A stretch of DNA of 64,000 nucleotides, from assembly GCA_020201335.1 (NCBI GenBank), contig JAIVGZ010000003.1:1781-65780 (forward strand), given 5' to 3'. A program made the translations under genes and the position numbers. A model generated the notes under the pieces. It did not search any database, was not told where the DNA came from, and saw only the letters and a program-made list of their open reading frames with translations. The DNA is from Natronospirales bacterium. Lineage in GTDB: Bacteria; Pseudomonadota; Gammaproteobacteria; Natronospirales; JAIVGZ01. Below, piece by piece: positions 25,061-33,917 of this stretch; positions within the stretch are counted from its first letter, which is position 1, and every line of letters starts with the position of its first letter.

Positions 25061-25873
25061 ATGAATCCGAACAAAACCCTGTGGGAAAAGGGCGACTTCG
25101 CGTGTATCGCAGAAACCATGCGCGAAAGCGGGGAGGCGCTCGTCGAAAAGTTGGGCATCACAAAAAGTCTCAAGGTGCTGGACCTCGGATGTGGTGACGG
25201 AACCACTGCCATCCCTGCGGCGATACGTGGCGCGGATGTACTGGGCATCGACATCGCGAGCAATCTCGTCGCCGCGGGCAACAAGCGAGCAAAAGAGCTG
25301 GGTCTCGCCAACTGCAGGTTTCAGGAAGGCGATGCTTCCGACATGCAGGGAGTGCAGGACCGGAGCTTCGACCTGCTCTTAAGCATCTTCGGCGCGATGT
25401 TCGCGCCCAAGCCATTCGATGTCGCGAAAGAGATGGTTCGCGTCACCCGGCCCGGGGGACGCATCATCATGGGCAACTGGATTCCAAACGATCCGACGCT
25501 GGTCGCACAAATTCTGAAGATTAGCTCGGCGTTCACGCCACCGCCGCCGGAAGGTTTCGTCAGCCCGATGACCTGGGGCGTCGAGAGCAGCGTCACCGAG
25601 CGCTTTGTCGCTGCCGGAGTTCCGGCGGAGAAAGTATCCTTCGCGCGCGACACTTTTACCCTCAACTCTCCGGGCACGCCGGCTGAACTCGTTGGCCGGT
25701 TCAAGAACTACTACGGGCCGACCATGAATGCCTTCGAGGCCGCGGACAAGAGCGGGCGCGTTGCCGATCTGCAGAGGCAACTGGAGGACCTGTTTGAAAC
25801 ACAGAACAAGAGTTCACGCAAGGACATGACATCCATTTCTGCGACGTTCTTGCGCGTGACGGTTGTGCTTTGA
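25061..25873 (+). CDS. Class I SAM-dependent methyltransferase
   Basis: ..VLDLGCGDGTTAI.. (motif I), ..FDLLLSIFGAMF.. and ..RPGGRIIMGNW... RBS AAGGAG precedes the ATG at 25061. Confidence 0.8.
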   Translation: MNPNKTLWEKGDFACIAETMRESGEALVEKLGITKSLKVLDLGCGDGTTAIPAAIRGADVLGIDIASNLVAAGNKRAKELGLANCRFQEGDASDMQGVQDRSFDLLLSIFGAMFAPKPFDVAKEMVRVTRPGGRIIMGNWIPNDPTLVAQILKISSAFTPPPPEGFVSPMTWGVESSVTERFVAAGVPAEKVSFARDTFTLNSPGTPAELVGRFKNYYGPTMNAFEAADKSGRVADLQRQLEDLFETQNKSSRKDMTSISATFLRVTVVL

Positions 25874-25923
25874 CGGCGTCCGCGTTCCACCCTGGGTATG
25901 GTTTCTCCTGAAGGAGGGGTCGA

Positions 25924-26457
25924 TTGCTCACTGACAAGCAGCAAGGCGTACTTCGCGGCGTAGTTTCAGGGAGTATCGTTACGCTCCTTGCCCTTACCCT
26001 CGCTGTTGTCACGCATCCATCTGCGCTTACACCCGACCCTGGCTTCTCGGCATCACTCGTGCACGCTCTAAGCTGGGATGTCCTTATCGCTGCCTGCCTC
26101 ATGGTCAGCATCGGCCTCGTGGCACGCCACCGATTCTTCACTCCGGATGACATCGACGGTGGCGGCCTTACCAAAGGCACACCTCAGGTCCAGGTCCTTC
26201 AATCCATACTGCAAAACACGCTCGAACAAACCGTGCTGGCGGTATCGGTTCACACCATATGGGCGGCAGTAATGCCGCAGACATGGCAAGCTGCGGTTCC
26301 CGCCGCGGTCATTCTCTTCTTGGTTGGCCGGGTGCTCTTTTGGCGCGGCTATGCCCAGGGGGCGGGAGCGCGAGCGCTAGGGTTCGCCTTAACGTTCTAT
26401 CCATCAGTGGCCATGGTGTTTTTGATCGTCGGCCAATTGACCCTGGCGCTCTTCTAG
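25924..26457 (+). CDS. MAPEG-family membrane protein
   Basis: 177 aa. ..ARHRFFTPDDIDG......QNTLEQTVLA....GRVLFWRGYAQGAGARALGFALTF... TTG start after GAAGGAGG. Confidence 0.65.
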   Translation: MLTDKQQGVLRGVVSGSIVTLLALTLAVVTHPSALTPDPGFSASLVHALSWDVLIAACLMVSIGLVARHRFFTPDDIDGGGLTKGTPQVQVLQSILQNTLEQTVLAVSVHTIWAAVMPQTWQAAVPAAVILFLVGRVLFWRGYAQGAGARALGFALTFYPSVAMVFLIVGQLTLALF

Positions 26458-26530
26458 TGGCGCGCGGGGAAGACCAGGTGCCGTTCTGGTGTTATGTGGC
26501 ACCAACAACATGTCGTAGAGGTTATACAGA

Positions 26531-26905
26531 ATGAACGCTAAATTCGCACCAGGCCGCAATATTGCAATGAAAGTGCCTGCCCATGAGTACGATGATACCG
26601 TTGCGTTTTATCGGGATGTTCTTGGGCTCAGGGAAATTCTAGAGCAAGCCCCGAGCAGTACGAAGTCAGTGAGGTTTGATTTCGGTGACAAAGTTCTCTG
26701 GATCGACAAAGTGCCTTCGTTGAGCCAAGCGGAAATTTGGCTGGAAGTGTATGCGAGTGATGTTGCTGGTTCAGCGAAATATCTTGCTGAGCATGGGTGC
26801 CCCCGTCGTGACGAGATTGAGAATTTGCCAGAGGGCTTTAAGGGGTTCTGGGTTTCCAGCCCAGCGAACATAATTCATCTGGTAACCGAGAACGATGCCA
26901 CATAA
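26531..26905 (+). CDS. VOC-family (glyoxalase/bleomycin-resistance fold) protein
   Basis: 124 aa. ..DDTVAFYRDVLGL.. start and overall beta-alpha-beta-beta-beta-like layout. Confidence 0.6.
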   Translation: MNAKFAPGRNIAMKVPAHEYDDTVAFYRDVLGLREILEQAPSSTKSVRFDFGDKVLWIDKVPSLSQAEIWLEVYASDVAGSAKYLAEHGCPRRDEIENLPEGFKGFWVSSPANIIHLVTENDAT

Positions 26906-26952
26906 CGAATCGCATAAACAAAATAGTATCAGCACAAGCAACGGGGAACCGT

Positions 26953-27561
26953 ATGGCAATTCGGGTCGGATGGTGGCTTATGGCTGCGCTTGCGCTGGGT
27001 GTCGCGGCGTACGCATCAATGGCTTTGTGGAATCCGAATGCGATTGACTTCATCGCGAACAGAGAAGGCTTCCTACGCTCTGCGCTTATCATACATGGAG
27101 CGGTTGGAACCCTCGCGCTAGCGCTTGGCCCCTTCCAGTTCGTAAAAAGACTGCGTCAGATCCGGCCGCAGTTCCATCGTATCAGTGGCCGCATCTACTT
27201 GACCTGCATCCTGATCAGCGGCGTCACCGGCTTGTGGCTTTCCTTCTATACCCCAGGCGGGCTGCCAGCTACCAGCGGGTTCTTTGTCCTTGCAATTCTC
27301 TGGCTACTTACCGGTTCGCTGGCATTGCGTGCGGTGCTAAAGCGAGATTATGCAGCTCACCGTGCATGGATGATGCGATCTTATGCGCTGACTTTCGGCG
27401 CGGTAACACTGAGAATCTATCTGGGACTGGGAGTTCCGGTTGCCGGCATTGAATTTAATCAAGTTTACGGTATGGCAGCATGGGCGAGTTGGGCCATCAA
27501 CCTGCTCTTTGTAGAGTGGCTGCTGTTAGCTAAGCCTTCAGTACCACTGGCGCCTAACTAG
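26953..27561 (+). CDS. DUF2306-family membrane protein
   Basis: 202 aa and about 5-6 TM. ..HRISGRIYL......HRAWMMRSYALTFGAVTLRIY.. pattern. Confidence 0.6.
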   Translation: MAIRVGWWLMAALALGVAAYASMALWNPNAIDFIANREGFLRSALIIHGAVGTLALALGPFQFVKRLRQIRPQFHRISGRIYLTCILISGVTGLWLSFYTPGGLPATSGFFVLAILWLLTGSLALRAVLKRDYAAHRAWMMRSYALTFGAVTLRIYLGLGVPVAGIEFNQVYGMAAWASWAINLLFVEWLLLAKPSVPLAPN

Positions 27562-27722
27562 CCGCTGTCGGGTAATTGTCGGGGGAATTACGTGGCGGAC
27601 AAGCCGATGATGTACCGATACTGGTTCACGGGTATCTGGAGAGCACATCATGCTTACGCATGCGTATGTTTGCACACTGCTTAAATGACAAGGCGACAAG
27701 TACGCGGTCTGGCCCGCGACAC

Positions 27723-29015
27723 CTACAGCATGAACGACAGAAGCATCGCGGTACCGAGGAAAGAGAAGAACCCGAACACGTCGGTGATCGTGGTCTGGAT
27801 GATTGACGACGCGACCGCGGGGTCCTGGCCGAAGCGGGTGAGGATTAACGGCACCAGCGCGCCGGCGATTCCGGCGGCGAGCATGGACATGATCATCGCC
27901 ACGCCGATAATCAAAGCTAGCCCAAGAGTGCCGCTCCACAAGTAGACGGCCAGACCGCAGGTGACGGCGAGTGCAAGACCGTTCGTGAGGCCGACCAAGA
28001 TCTCCTTGGTCAGGACCGCACGCCAATGGCGGATACCGATCTCACGCAGTGCAAGACCGCGAATGGTCACCGCGAGTGCCTGGGCACCGGCGTTGCCCGA
28101 CTGCCCGGCGACCACCGGCAGCAGGATTGCGAGGGCGGTGAACTGTGCGATCAAGGACTCGAACAACCCGACAACCGAGGCGGCCAGGAACGCGGTCAGC
28201 AGGTTGATGTGGAGCCAGGGTAGGCGCCGCCGGATGGCGAAGCCCGGCATCGACAATGCGCGTTCCTCTGGGCTGACACCGACCATCTTCTGCATATCGG
28301 CGGTGGCGACGTCCTCGATTGCGCGGAACAGGTTTCGGTAGCGGACCACCCCGAGAAACTGGCCGGTGACATCCACCACCGGAACGGAGTCGCGCATCGA
28401 GCGCTCCAGCAACTCGACCAGCTCCTCGCGGCTGGTTTGGGGCGTGACCGAGATGTCTACCCCATGTACCAATTCCCCGATAGGCGTGTCGTCGGACGCA
28501 ATCGCCAGGTCCTGCATATCCACGCGACCAAACAGGCGCCCATCGGTAGCGATGACGAACAGCGACCGCGCGCTACGGATGGTGGTCTCCTGAAGACGAC
28601 GCAACACCTCGCCGACGCTCATGTCCGCGCGCGCACCGAGGAAGGAGCGGTCCATCATCCGGCCCGCAGAGTTCTCAGGGAACGACAGCATCCGCTCAAT
28701 GTCTTTGCGCGCGCCTGGCGAGAGTCCGGCGAGCAGCGATTCACGCGATTCAGGAACAAGCTGCGCGACCAGCGACACCGCGAGTCTCGGTGCGGCGCGT
28801 TCGACCAACGTACTTCGGTCATCGGACGACAGTGCCTCGAATATCGTCAGCGCGCGGGGCGGGCTCGAGTATTCGAGCGCGACGGCGAGCGCTTCGGGCG
28901 CCAGCGACTGGACCGTGGACTTGAGCGCACGCGAGGACACCGCCTCGAGCGTCTCGGCGGCTTCCACGGGATGCCGGCGCAGGAACTCGTTCTCAACCAA
29001 CGCGGCGGCGCTCAT
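27723..29015 (-). CDS. mgtE: Magnesium transporter MgtE
   Basis: 430 aa. N-domain, two CBS motifs and a C-terminal 5-TM domain (..PVVAGQSGNAGAQALAVTIRGLAL.., ..DPAVASSIIQTTITDV..). Confidence 0.9.
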   Translation of the reverse strand: MSAAALVENEFLRRHPVEAAETLEAVSSRALKSTVQSLAPEALAVALEYSSPPRALTIFEALSSDDRSTLVERAAPRLAVSLVAQLVPESRESLLAGLSPGARKDIERMLSFPENSAGRMMDRSFLGARADMSVGEVLRRLQETTIRSARSLFVIATDGRLFGRVDMQDLAIASDDTPIGELVHGVDISVTPQTSREELVELLERSMRDSVPVVDVTGQFLGVVRYRNLFRAIEDVATADMQKMVGVSPEERALSMPGFAIRRRLPWLHINLLTAFLAASVVGLFESLIAQFTALAILLPVVAGQSGNAGAQALAVTIRGLALREIGIRHWRAVLTKEILVGLTNGLALAVTCGLAVYLWSGTLGLALIIGVAMIMSMLAAGIAGALVPLILTRFGQDPAVASSIIQTTITDVFGFFSFLGTAMLLSFML

Positions 29016-29836
29016 CGTTTTGCCCCGCGCGGGCCGAACAAGTCGCCGAGCACGCTGCGCAAGACATGGAAGTACTGCTGAGTGAGTTCAGTGACCGCGT
29101 CTGCGAGTCCGGTCTCGGCACGCAAGTCGTCGCCGAGCGCCGCCAACAGTCGTTCACGCGACAGTGAGCCAAGAAAATGATCGAGGTGGTCCACCACCGG
29201 CAGTTCGGGGTAAAGGTTCCATTCCGGAAAATCACGCGCGTCGGCAAGGGTGATATCGGCCCGGATAGGACGCACCGTGAGCGACAGGTCGGCGAGCGTG
29301 TACCGCCCCGACGGCGCGACCAATGCGCGGTTAGCATCGAGCAGGCCGGCATAGCGGCCTTGCGCATCCACTAGCCAGATCGCACGTTCGGAGCTGGCAC
29401 GGTCGCCGCGCAACAGGTCGAGCGCGTCACTGAGCGGTAACGCGGCTTGGAGCTGTGGCGCCGTCGGGTCTGCGACTGCGCCCGTGGTCGTGCGCGGGTA
29501 GATCAACAGCCGCTTGAGCGCCTCGCGCCGGGAGACGGCCGAGACCGATTCCAGCACGCGTATTCGGCGCTCGTCGTCTAAATGACGCGCGATTGCCAGT
29601 GCTTCGTCGAGCGAGGCCTTGTCGAGCCATTCGCCGAGGGTCATGTCTTCTTGTTGCTCGAGCACACGCCGCGCGTGGCCGCGAGGCAGGTGCGCGACCA
29701 GCGCAGCGACCGATTTCTCGGGCAGGCCGTCGAGTCCGGCCGCGATGGCGTCAGCACCCTGGGCGGCGAGCAACTGGGCCATTTCCGCGGGAAAGCGTTG
29801 GGCGTAGGCGAGTCGCAGCGGGTTCAGTGCCGCCAT
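29012..29836 (-). CDS. MgtE-N-domain/CBS-like cytoplasmic protein lacking the TM domain
   Basis: 274 aa with an MgtE intracellular N-domain-like layout and no hydrophobic C-terminus. Its stop overlaps the mgtE start. Confidence 0.55.
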   Translation of the reverse strand: MAALNPLRLAYAQRFPAEMAQLLAAQGADAIAAGLDGLPEKSVAALVAHLPRGHARRVLEQQEDMTLGEWLDKASLDEALAIARHLDDERRIRVLESVSAVSRREALKRLLIYPRTTTGAVADPTAPQLQAALPLSDALDLLRGDRASSERAIWLVDAQGRYAGLLDANRALVAPSGRYTLADLSLTVRPIRADITLADARDFPEWNLYPELPVVDHLDHFLGSLSRERLLAALGDDLRAETGLADAVTELTQQYFHVLRSVLGDLFGPRGAKR

Positions 29837-29838
29837 GC

Positions 29839-30606
29839 TCAGTCGCCGTTGGCTGAGCCGGGGATTAGCAGTACCGGCCCGGACGCGAATCGAGAAGCCG
29901 GCACCGATACTTGACCCCGGTCGGTGGCCAGGGTGAGGCCGGTTCGGTGGATCTCGACGACCACGCCTTCGTCGTCATCGATGCGAAGGCGGTCACCGGC
30001 CGCGTAGCGGGAGAGTTCGGACTGCGCGAGCAGGTTGGCCACGTATTGGCGCGCGCCGAGCGCGAAGGCGAGCGACAGGCCGCCGAGCAACGCGGCGAGG
30101 ATGATCAGCGACAACTGGACGATGAACGAGATGTCGATGCCGACTTGCTGCAGGCCGGTGATCACCGCGATGGTGACCACGCCGACGTGCACCAGGCGCG
30201 GCACCAATGCATGGGTGTCGCCCTTGGCGATGATGCCCGCGGTGAGGGTACGTAGCAAAGCGCCGAGCACATTGCCGATACCGATGATGAACAGGCCAAG
30301 TATGAAGCGCGGCACGTAGGCGAGCACTGATTCGAGCCACACGGTCAGGTGGGCGATGTCGAGCAGGCGCACGGCGATGACGACCGCGAACACCAGAACC
30401 GAGGCGAACACCACCAGCGCAAAACCCTGCTTGAATACCGGGGAGACCAGCGCCTGGTCACGCGTGCCGTAGCGGTTGACCAGGCGTTCGGTGACGTCGA
30501 GAGACCGGCGCACGGCTAGTTCCGCCAGCTTTCCGGCCACCACGCCGAGCACCAGCACCAAACCGGCGGCCAGCTCGGGATAGGCCTGGATGAGGTCGCG
30601 GACCAT
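29839..30606 (-). CDS. Small-conductance mechanosensitive-channel-like membrane protein (conserved TM-helix repeat type)
   Basis: 4-5 TM followed by ..GDRLRIDDDEGVVVEIHRTGLTLATDRGQVSVPAS.. (MscS beta-domain-like). The start may be 30654. Confidence 0.55.
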   Translation of the reverse strand: MVRDLIQAYPELAAGLVLVLGVVAGKLAELAVRRSLDVTERLVNRYGTRDQALVSPVFKQGFALVVFASVLVFAVVIAVRLLDIAHLTVWLESVLAYVPRFILGLFIIGIGNVLGALLRTLTAGIIAKGDTHALVPRLVHVGVVTIAVITGLQQVGIDISFIVQLSLIILAALLGGLSLAFALGARQYVANLLAQSELSRYAAGDRLRIDDDEGVVVEIHRTGLTLATDRGQVSVPASRFASGPVLLIPGSANGD

Positions 30607-30667
30607 GGGGCGATGATACCCTTTTCGACGGCGGGAGAAATTCATGATTGACAAACAATCTAATCAT

Positions 30668-30684
30668 TGGCAAAAGTTGCCAAC
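30668..30684. promoter_or_regulatory. Perfect inverted repeat TTGGCAA-AAG-TTGCCAA in a divergent intergenic region (possible operator)
   Basis: Lies between the mgtE-operon start (minus strand) and the LEA_2 lipoprotein gene (plus strand). No regulator has been assigned. Confidence 0.3.
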
Positions 30685-30731
30685 GGGCTTGAAGTGGCTG
30701 TTGGTAACTCCTTCTCCCTAGGGAGCTAATC

Positions 30732-31196
30732 GTGTTCGTACGACAGAAAGCCACAATCATCATCGCCGTCAGCGCACTCGTCGCTGGCTGCGCTTCGCTG
30801 CCATTCTATGAGCAACCGCAAGTCACCGTTACGACAGTCGCTCTTTCGCCGAAGACGAGCAACTTCGCCGCGCCGCGCTTCGATATCGGCCTGCGAGTCG
30901 TAAATCCTAACCGCGTGGCGTTGCCGTTGCGCGGCATCGACTACTCACTCGACATCGGCGGTTCGCGGCTCGTCAGCGGCGCCACACGCGACCTGCCGCG
31001 CATCCCGGCCAACGGCGCCGCCGATTTCACAATCGAAGTGAGTCCGGATTTTGCCAGCGCAGCGCGTGTATTCAATGAACTGATGACGCGACGTGACGTA
31101 GTCCAGTACACCTTCCGTGCGCGGCTTGACGTCGGCGGGCTCGTACCGAATTTCAATGTGGAGCAGCGCGGGCAACTGACGGTGACCGGTAATTGA
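30732..31196 (+). CDS. LEA_2 (NDR1/HIN1-like, water-stress) family lipoprotein
   Basis: Lipobox LVAGC. ..RVVNPNRVALPLRGIDYSLDIGG.. pattern. Confidence 0.65.
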   Translation: MFVRQKATIIIAVSALVAGCASLPFYEQPQVTVTTVALSPKTSNFAAPRFDIGLRVVNPNRVALPLRGIDYSLDIGGSRLVSGATRDLPRIPANGAADFTIEVSPDFASAARVFNELMTRRDVVQYTFRARLDVGGLVPNFNVEQRGQLTVTGN

Positions 31197-31286
31197 TGAC
31201 AACAGCCGCGATTGTCGTAGTGATCCTGCTCGCCTATCAAGATGCTGCCGCCGTACTCGGAGTACACTGAACAAAGGAGAGGACGC

Positions 31287-31586
31287 ATGAAACTCGGAAA
31301 CGCAGGAATAGCCACGATACTGCTTGTCGCCGCCGGCATCGCGCTGGCTCTGGCCGCTGGGGCGTGGTTTCGCGGCGAGGAGACATGGGCAGCGATCGCG
31401 CTCACCACCGGGTTCGCGCTCGTAATCCTCGGCTTCTGGCGTGCGAAACGCTATAAGGCGAATTGGCGAGACGAGCCGGCGAGCCGCAGCCAGAAGGCCT
31501 TCGCGGACAAGGTCGGTATCTCGTATCCGCCAGACGTGACCAACGGCCAGCTCGCGGACCAGATTGCCCAGAACACAACCCGCTGA
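31287..31586 (+). CDS. Hypothetical 2-TM membrane protein
   Basis: ATG at 31287 preceded by AAAGGAGAGG. About 99 aa. Confidence 0.5.
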   Translation: MKLGNAGIATILLVAAGIALALAAGAWFRGEETWAAIALTTGFALVILGFWRAKRYKANWRDEPASRSQKAFADKVGISYPPDVTNGQLADQIAQNTTR

Positions 31587-31600
31587 CTGGAGGGCGAGAC

Positions 31601-32122
31601 ATGCTCGGTGATACACGCGAACGCTACGGTTCGGTTTCACGGTTCTTCCACTGGTTAATGTCCGTGTTGCTGATCTGGCAGTTTCTGCGCCTAGGTCATC
31701 GCATCAACGACGGTGAGCACTGGATCGGCGAGACGCTGGTGCCGTGGCACGTGTCGATCGGCGTGACGCTGCTGGTGTTGATTGTGTTGCGTATGCTCTG
31801 GGTCTCGACGCAGCTCGACAAGCGCCCGCTCGCCGACCCCGTGCATCCGGTTGCAGTGCGCACCGGGCACTTCCTGCTCTACGCCGCGATGTTGCTGATG
31901 CCGGTTACCGGCATCCTGTACATGCTCGGCAAGGGCTACGGGCTGAAGGTATTCGGCATGCAGCTGGTCGCGCGCGGTACCGAGGTGTCTTGGGCGCTGC
32001 CGATCGGTGAGTTGCACTCGCCTATCGCGTGGTTCCTTCTGGTGATGGTGCTCGGCCACATCGGCATCGCGCTCTACCACCACTTCATCAAGCGCGACCA
32101 AGTGTTGCGCCGGATGCTGTAG
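31601..32122 (+). CDS. Cytochrome b561 family protein
   Basis: 173 aa. ..RYGSVSRFFHWLMSVLL.. and ..GHIGIALYHHFIKRD.. with 4 TM and conserved His residues. Confidence 0.8.
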   Translation: MLGDTRERYGSVSRFFHWLMSVLLIWQFLRLGHRINDGEHWIGETLVPWHVSIGVTLLVLIVLRMLWVSTQLDKRPLADPVHPVAVRTGHFLLYAAMLLMPVTGILYMLGKGYGLKVFGMQLVARGTEVSWALPIGELHSPIAWFLLVMVLGHIGIALYHHFIKRDQVLRRML

Positions 32123-32129
32123 GCGCCTG

Positions 32130-32546
32130 GTGACAGCCATCTTCCTGTGGTTGGGCGGCGGCATTTTCGTAATGCTTGGGTTCGTCCACGCGCTCTACAC
32201 GCTCCTGGACACGCTGAATCCGCGGCGCATCGTTCCCGCTGACCTCGCGCTCATCGAGGCGATGAAGGCGAACCCGGTGCGCCTCGCCCACGGCGGCACC
32301 GACATGTGGAACGCGTGGGTGGGGTTCAATCTGAGCCACAGTATCGGAGCGATACTGTTCGGCGGCGTGTGCATCTACCTTGGCGTGATGACCGAGGTTT
32401 ACATCGTCCCGTCGAACCTGGTGCTGCTGCCGGTACTGGTCGGCGGCCTGTACCTCGCGCTCGCGGTGCGCTACTGGTTCCGCATCCCGGTCATCGGCTG
32501 CACGCTCGCATTCGCGTCGTTCATCGCCGCATGGGTGTTTGCCTGA
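32130..32546 (+). CDS. Hypothetical 4-TM membrane protein
   Basis: 138-aa hydrophobic ORF with a GTG start. Confidence 0.5.
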   Translation: MTAIFLWLGGGIFVMLGFVHALYTLLDTLNPRRIVPADLALIEAMKANPVRLAHGGTDMWNAWVGFNLSHSIGAILFGGVCIYLGVMTEVYIVPSNLVLLPVLVGGLYLALAVRYWFRIPVIGCTLAFASFIAAWVFA

Positions 32547-33486
32547 TATGACAAACTCGCCACCACCGCCGGTAGAAGAAGTAGTCCCCGTCCCGGAGTC
32601 CTGGACCGACGTTACTGAGTGGCTGGCCTGGTTCTGGAACCTACGGGTCATCCGCATCGGCGACGCCGATGTGATGGTCAGTCAGATTGCCGTCACCTTC
32701 GTCCTGCTGGTGGTCGGGATATGGCTCGCAAGCTGGATCAGCCGCCGGGTGCGCCGGCGTTTGATGAGTAGCGAGGTGCTCGACGTGAGCGCCGCCACTG
32801 CGGTCGAGAAGCTGCTGTTCTACGTCCTTGTCGTGGTCATCGTGATGCTGGCGCTGCAGACCCTGCAGGTCCCGATCGGCATGTTTGCATTTTTCGGCGG
32901 CGCAATTGCAATCGGCGTCGGTTTCGGCGCGCAAAGTATCTTCAACAATTTCATTTCCGGCCTGATTTTGATGTTCGACCGACCGATCCGGCTTGGCGAT
33001 ACTGTCGAGGTCTCAGGAAACTACGGAAGGATCGCCGCAATCGGCGCTCGCTGTACGCGGTTACGGCGCTTTGACGGCGTTGATGTGCTCGTTCCTAACA
33101 GCTCGCTGATTGAAAATGATGTCATCAATTGGACGCTCGCCGACACACGCGTCCGGCAAGCCGTGCATGTTGGCGTAGCCTACGGGTCTGACGTCAGGCG
33201 AGCCGCTGATTTGATGATGCAGGCGGCGGCCGAGCACCCTGAAGTGTTAAAGGAAGAAGGGCGCGTACCGCAGGTTATCTTCGAAGAATTCGGCGACAAC
33301 GCGCTCGAGTTAGACCTGTACTTCTGGCTGGAACTCAGTGAGCTCGTCAACATGCGCATCATCCGTTCGGCCATCCGATTTCGGATTGACGAGCTTTTCC
33401 GTGAAGCCGGGATCAGCATCGCGTTCCCGCAACGCGACGTCCATTTGGATACCGCGAAGCCGCTTGAGATTCGAATGTTGCCCTGA
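32539..33486 (+). CDS. Mechanosensitive ion channel (MscS family)
   Basis: ..NFISGLILMFDRPIRLGDTVEVSGNYGRIAAIGARCTRLRRFDGVDVLVPNS.. core. Confidence 0.85.
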   Translation: MPDMTNSPPPPVEEVVPVPESWTDVTEWLAWFWNLRVIRIGDADVMVSQIAVTFVLLVVGIWLASWISRRVRRRLMSSEVLDVSAATAVEKLLFYVLVVVIVMLALQTLQVPIGMFAFFGGAIAIGVGFGAQSIFNNFISGLILMFDRPIRLGDTVEVSGNYGRIAAIGARCTRLRRFDGVDVLVPNSSLIENDVINWTLADTRVRQAVHVGVAYGSDVRRAADLMMQAAAEHPEVLKEEGRVPQVIFEEFGDNALELDLYFWLELSELVNMRIIRSAIRFRIDELFREAGISIAFPQRDVHLDTAKPLEIRMLP

Positions 33487-33917
33487 TGCGCCTGTGGTCA
33501 TTGCACCCGCGTTACCTCGATCCGCAAGGGTTAGTCGCACTGTGGCGCGAGGCGCTGCTTGCGCGTGCGGTGTTACGCGGCCAAACGAAAGGCTATCGCC
33601 ACCATCCCCAATTGCTGAGATTTAGCGCGCATCCAAGCCCGCGCCGCGCGATCAGCGCGTACCTCGCTGCCGTATGCGACGAAGCGGATGCGCGCGGTTA
33701 TGCGTTCGACCGCAGCAAGGCGGGCCCACTGCACGCGGTTACGCCGATTGCTGTCACGCGTGGCCAGCTCGGCTTCGAGTGGATGCACCTGCTGGCGAAG
33801 CTCAAGGTACGTGACCCACAGCTGCACCGCACATGGCGCGGCGAGCGCGCCCCCGGCTGTCACCCAATGTTTCGTGTGCGCGCGGGCGGCGTCGCGGCCT
33901 GGGAGCGTGTCGGATGA
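33486..33917 (+). CDS. Pyrimidine-dimer DNA glycosylase (endonuclease V/DenV family)
   Basis: MRLWSLHPRYLDPQGLVALWREALLARAVLRGQTKGYRHHPQLLRF.. is the family N-terminus. Confidence 0.8.
   Translation: MRLWSLHPRYLDPQGLVALWREALLARAVLRGQTKGYRHHPQLLRFSAHPSPRRAISAYLAAVCDEADARGYAFDRSKAGPLHAVTPIAVTRGQLGFEWMHLLAKLKVRDPQLHRTWRGERAPGCHPMFRVRAGGVAAWERVG

Larger units (their letters stand above)
13285..27610 (+). mobile_element. Sedentary chromosomal integron (intI remnant, attI, cassette array, attC-less distal block)
   Basis: Contains the IntI remnant, an attI-type junction and 15 attC or attC-remnant elements with cassette-specific RYYYAAC/GTTRRRY complementarity. All ORFs are on the plus strand and G+C is visibly lower than the flanks. 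The array is certain to 24471. Its extension to about 27610 is inferred from composition only. Confidence 0.85.

Noticed and set aside
26480-26510. Hairpin GGTGCC-N16-GGCACC after the MAPEG gene, considered as a terminator or a minimal attC.
   Set aside because: There is no T-tract and no RYYYAAC/GTTRRRY cores in the correct arrangement. The stem is only 6 bp.
27551-27606. Possible terminal attC after the DUF2306 gene (GCGCCTAAC..GTAATT-N8-AATTAC..).
   Set aside because: It has an RYYYAAC-like start, but there is no GTTRRRY partner and the outer arms do not pair. It is kept only as a weak marker for the island boundary.
30668-30684. Possible sigma-54 promoter (TGGCA...TTGC).
   Set aside because: The GG-to-GC spacing is two bases shorter than the -24/-12 consensus. 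It is better described as a symmetric operator-like palindrome.
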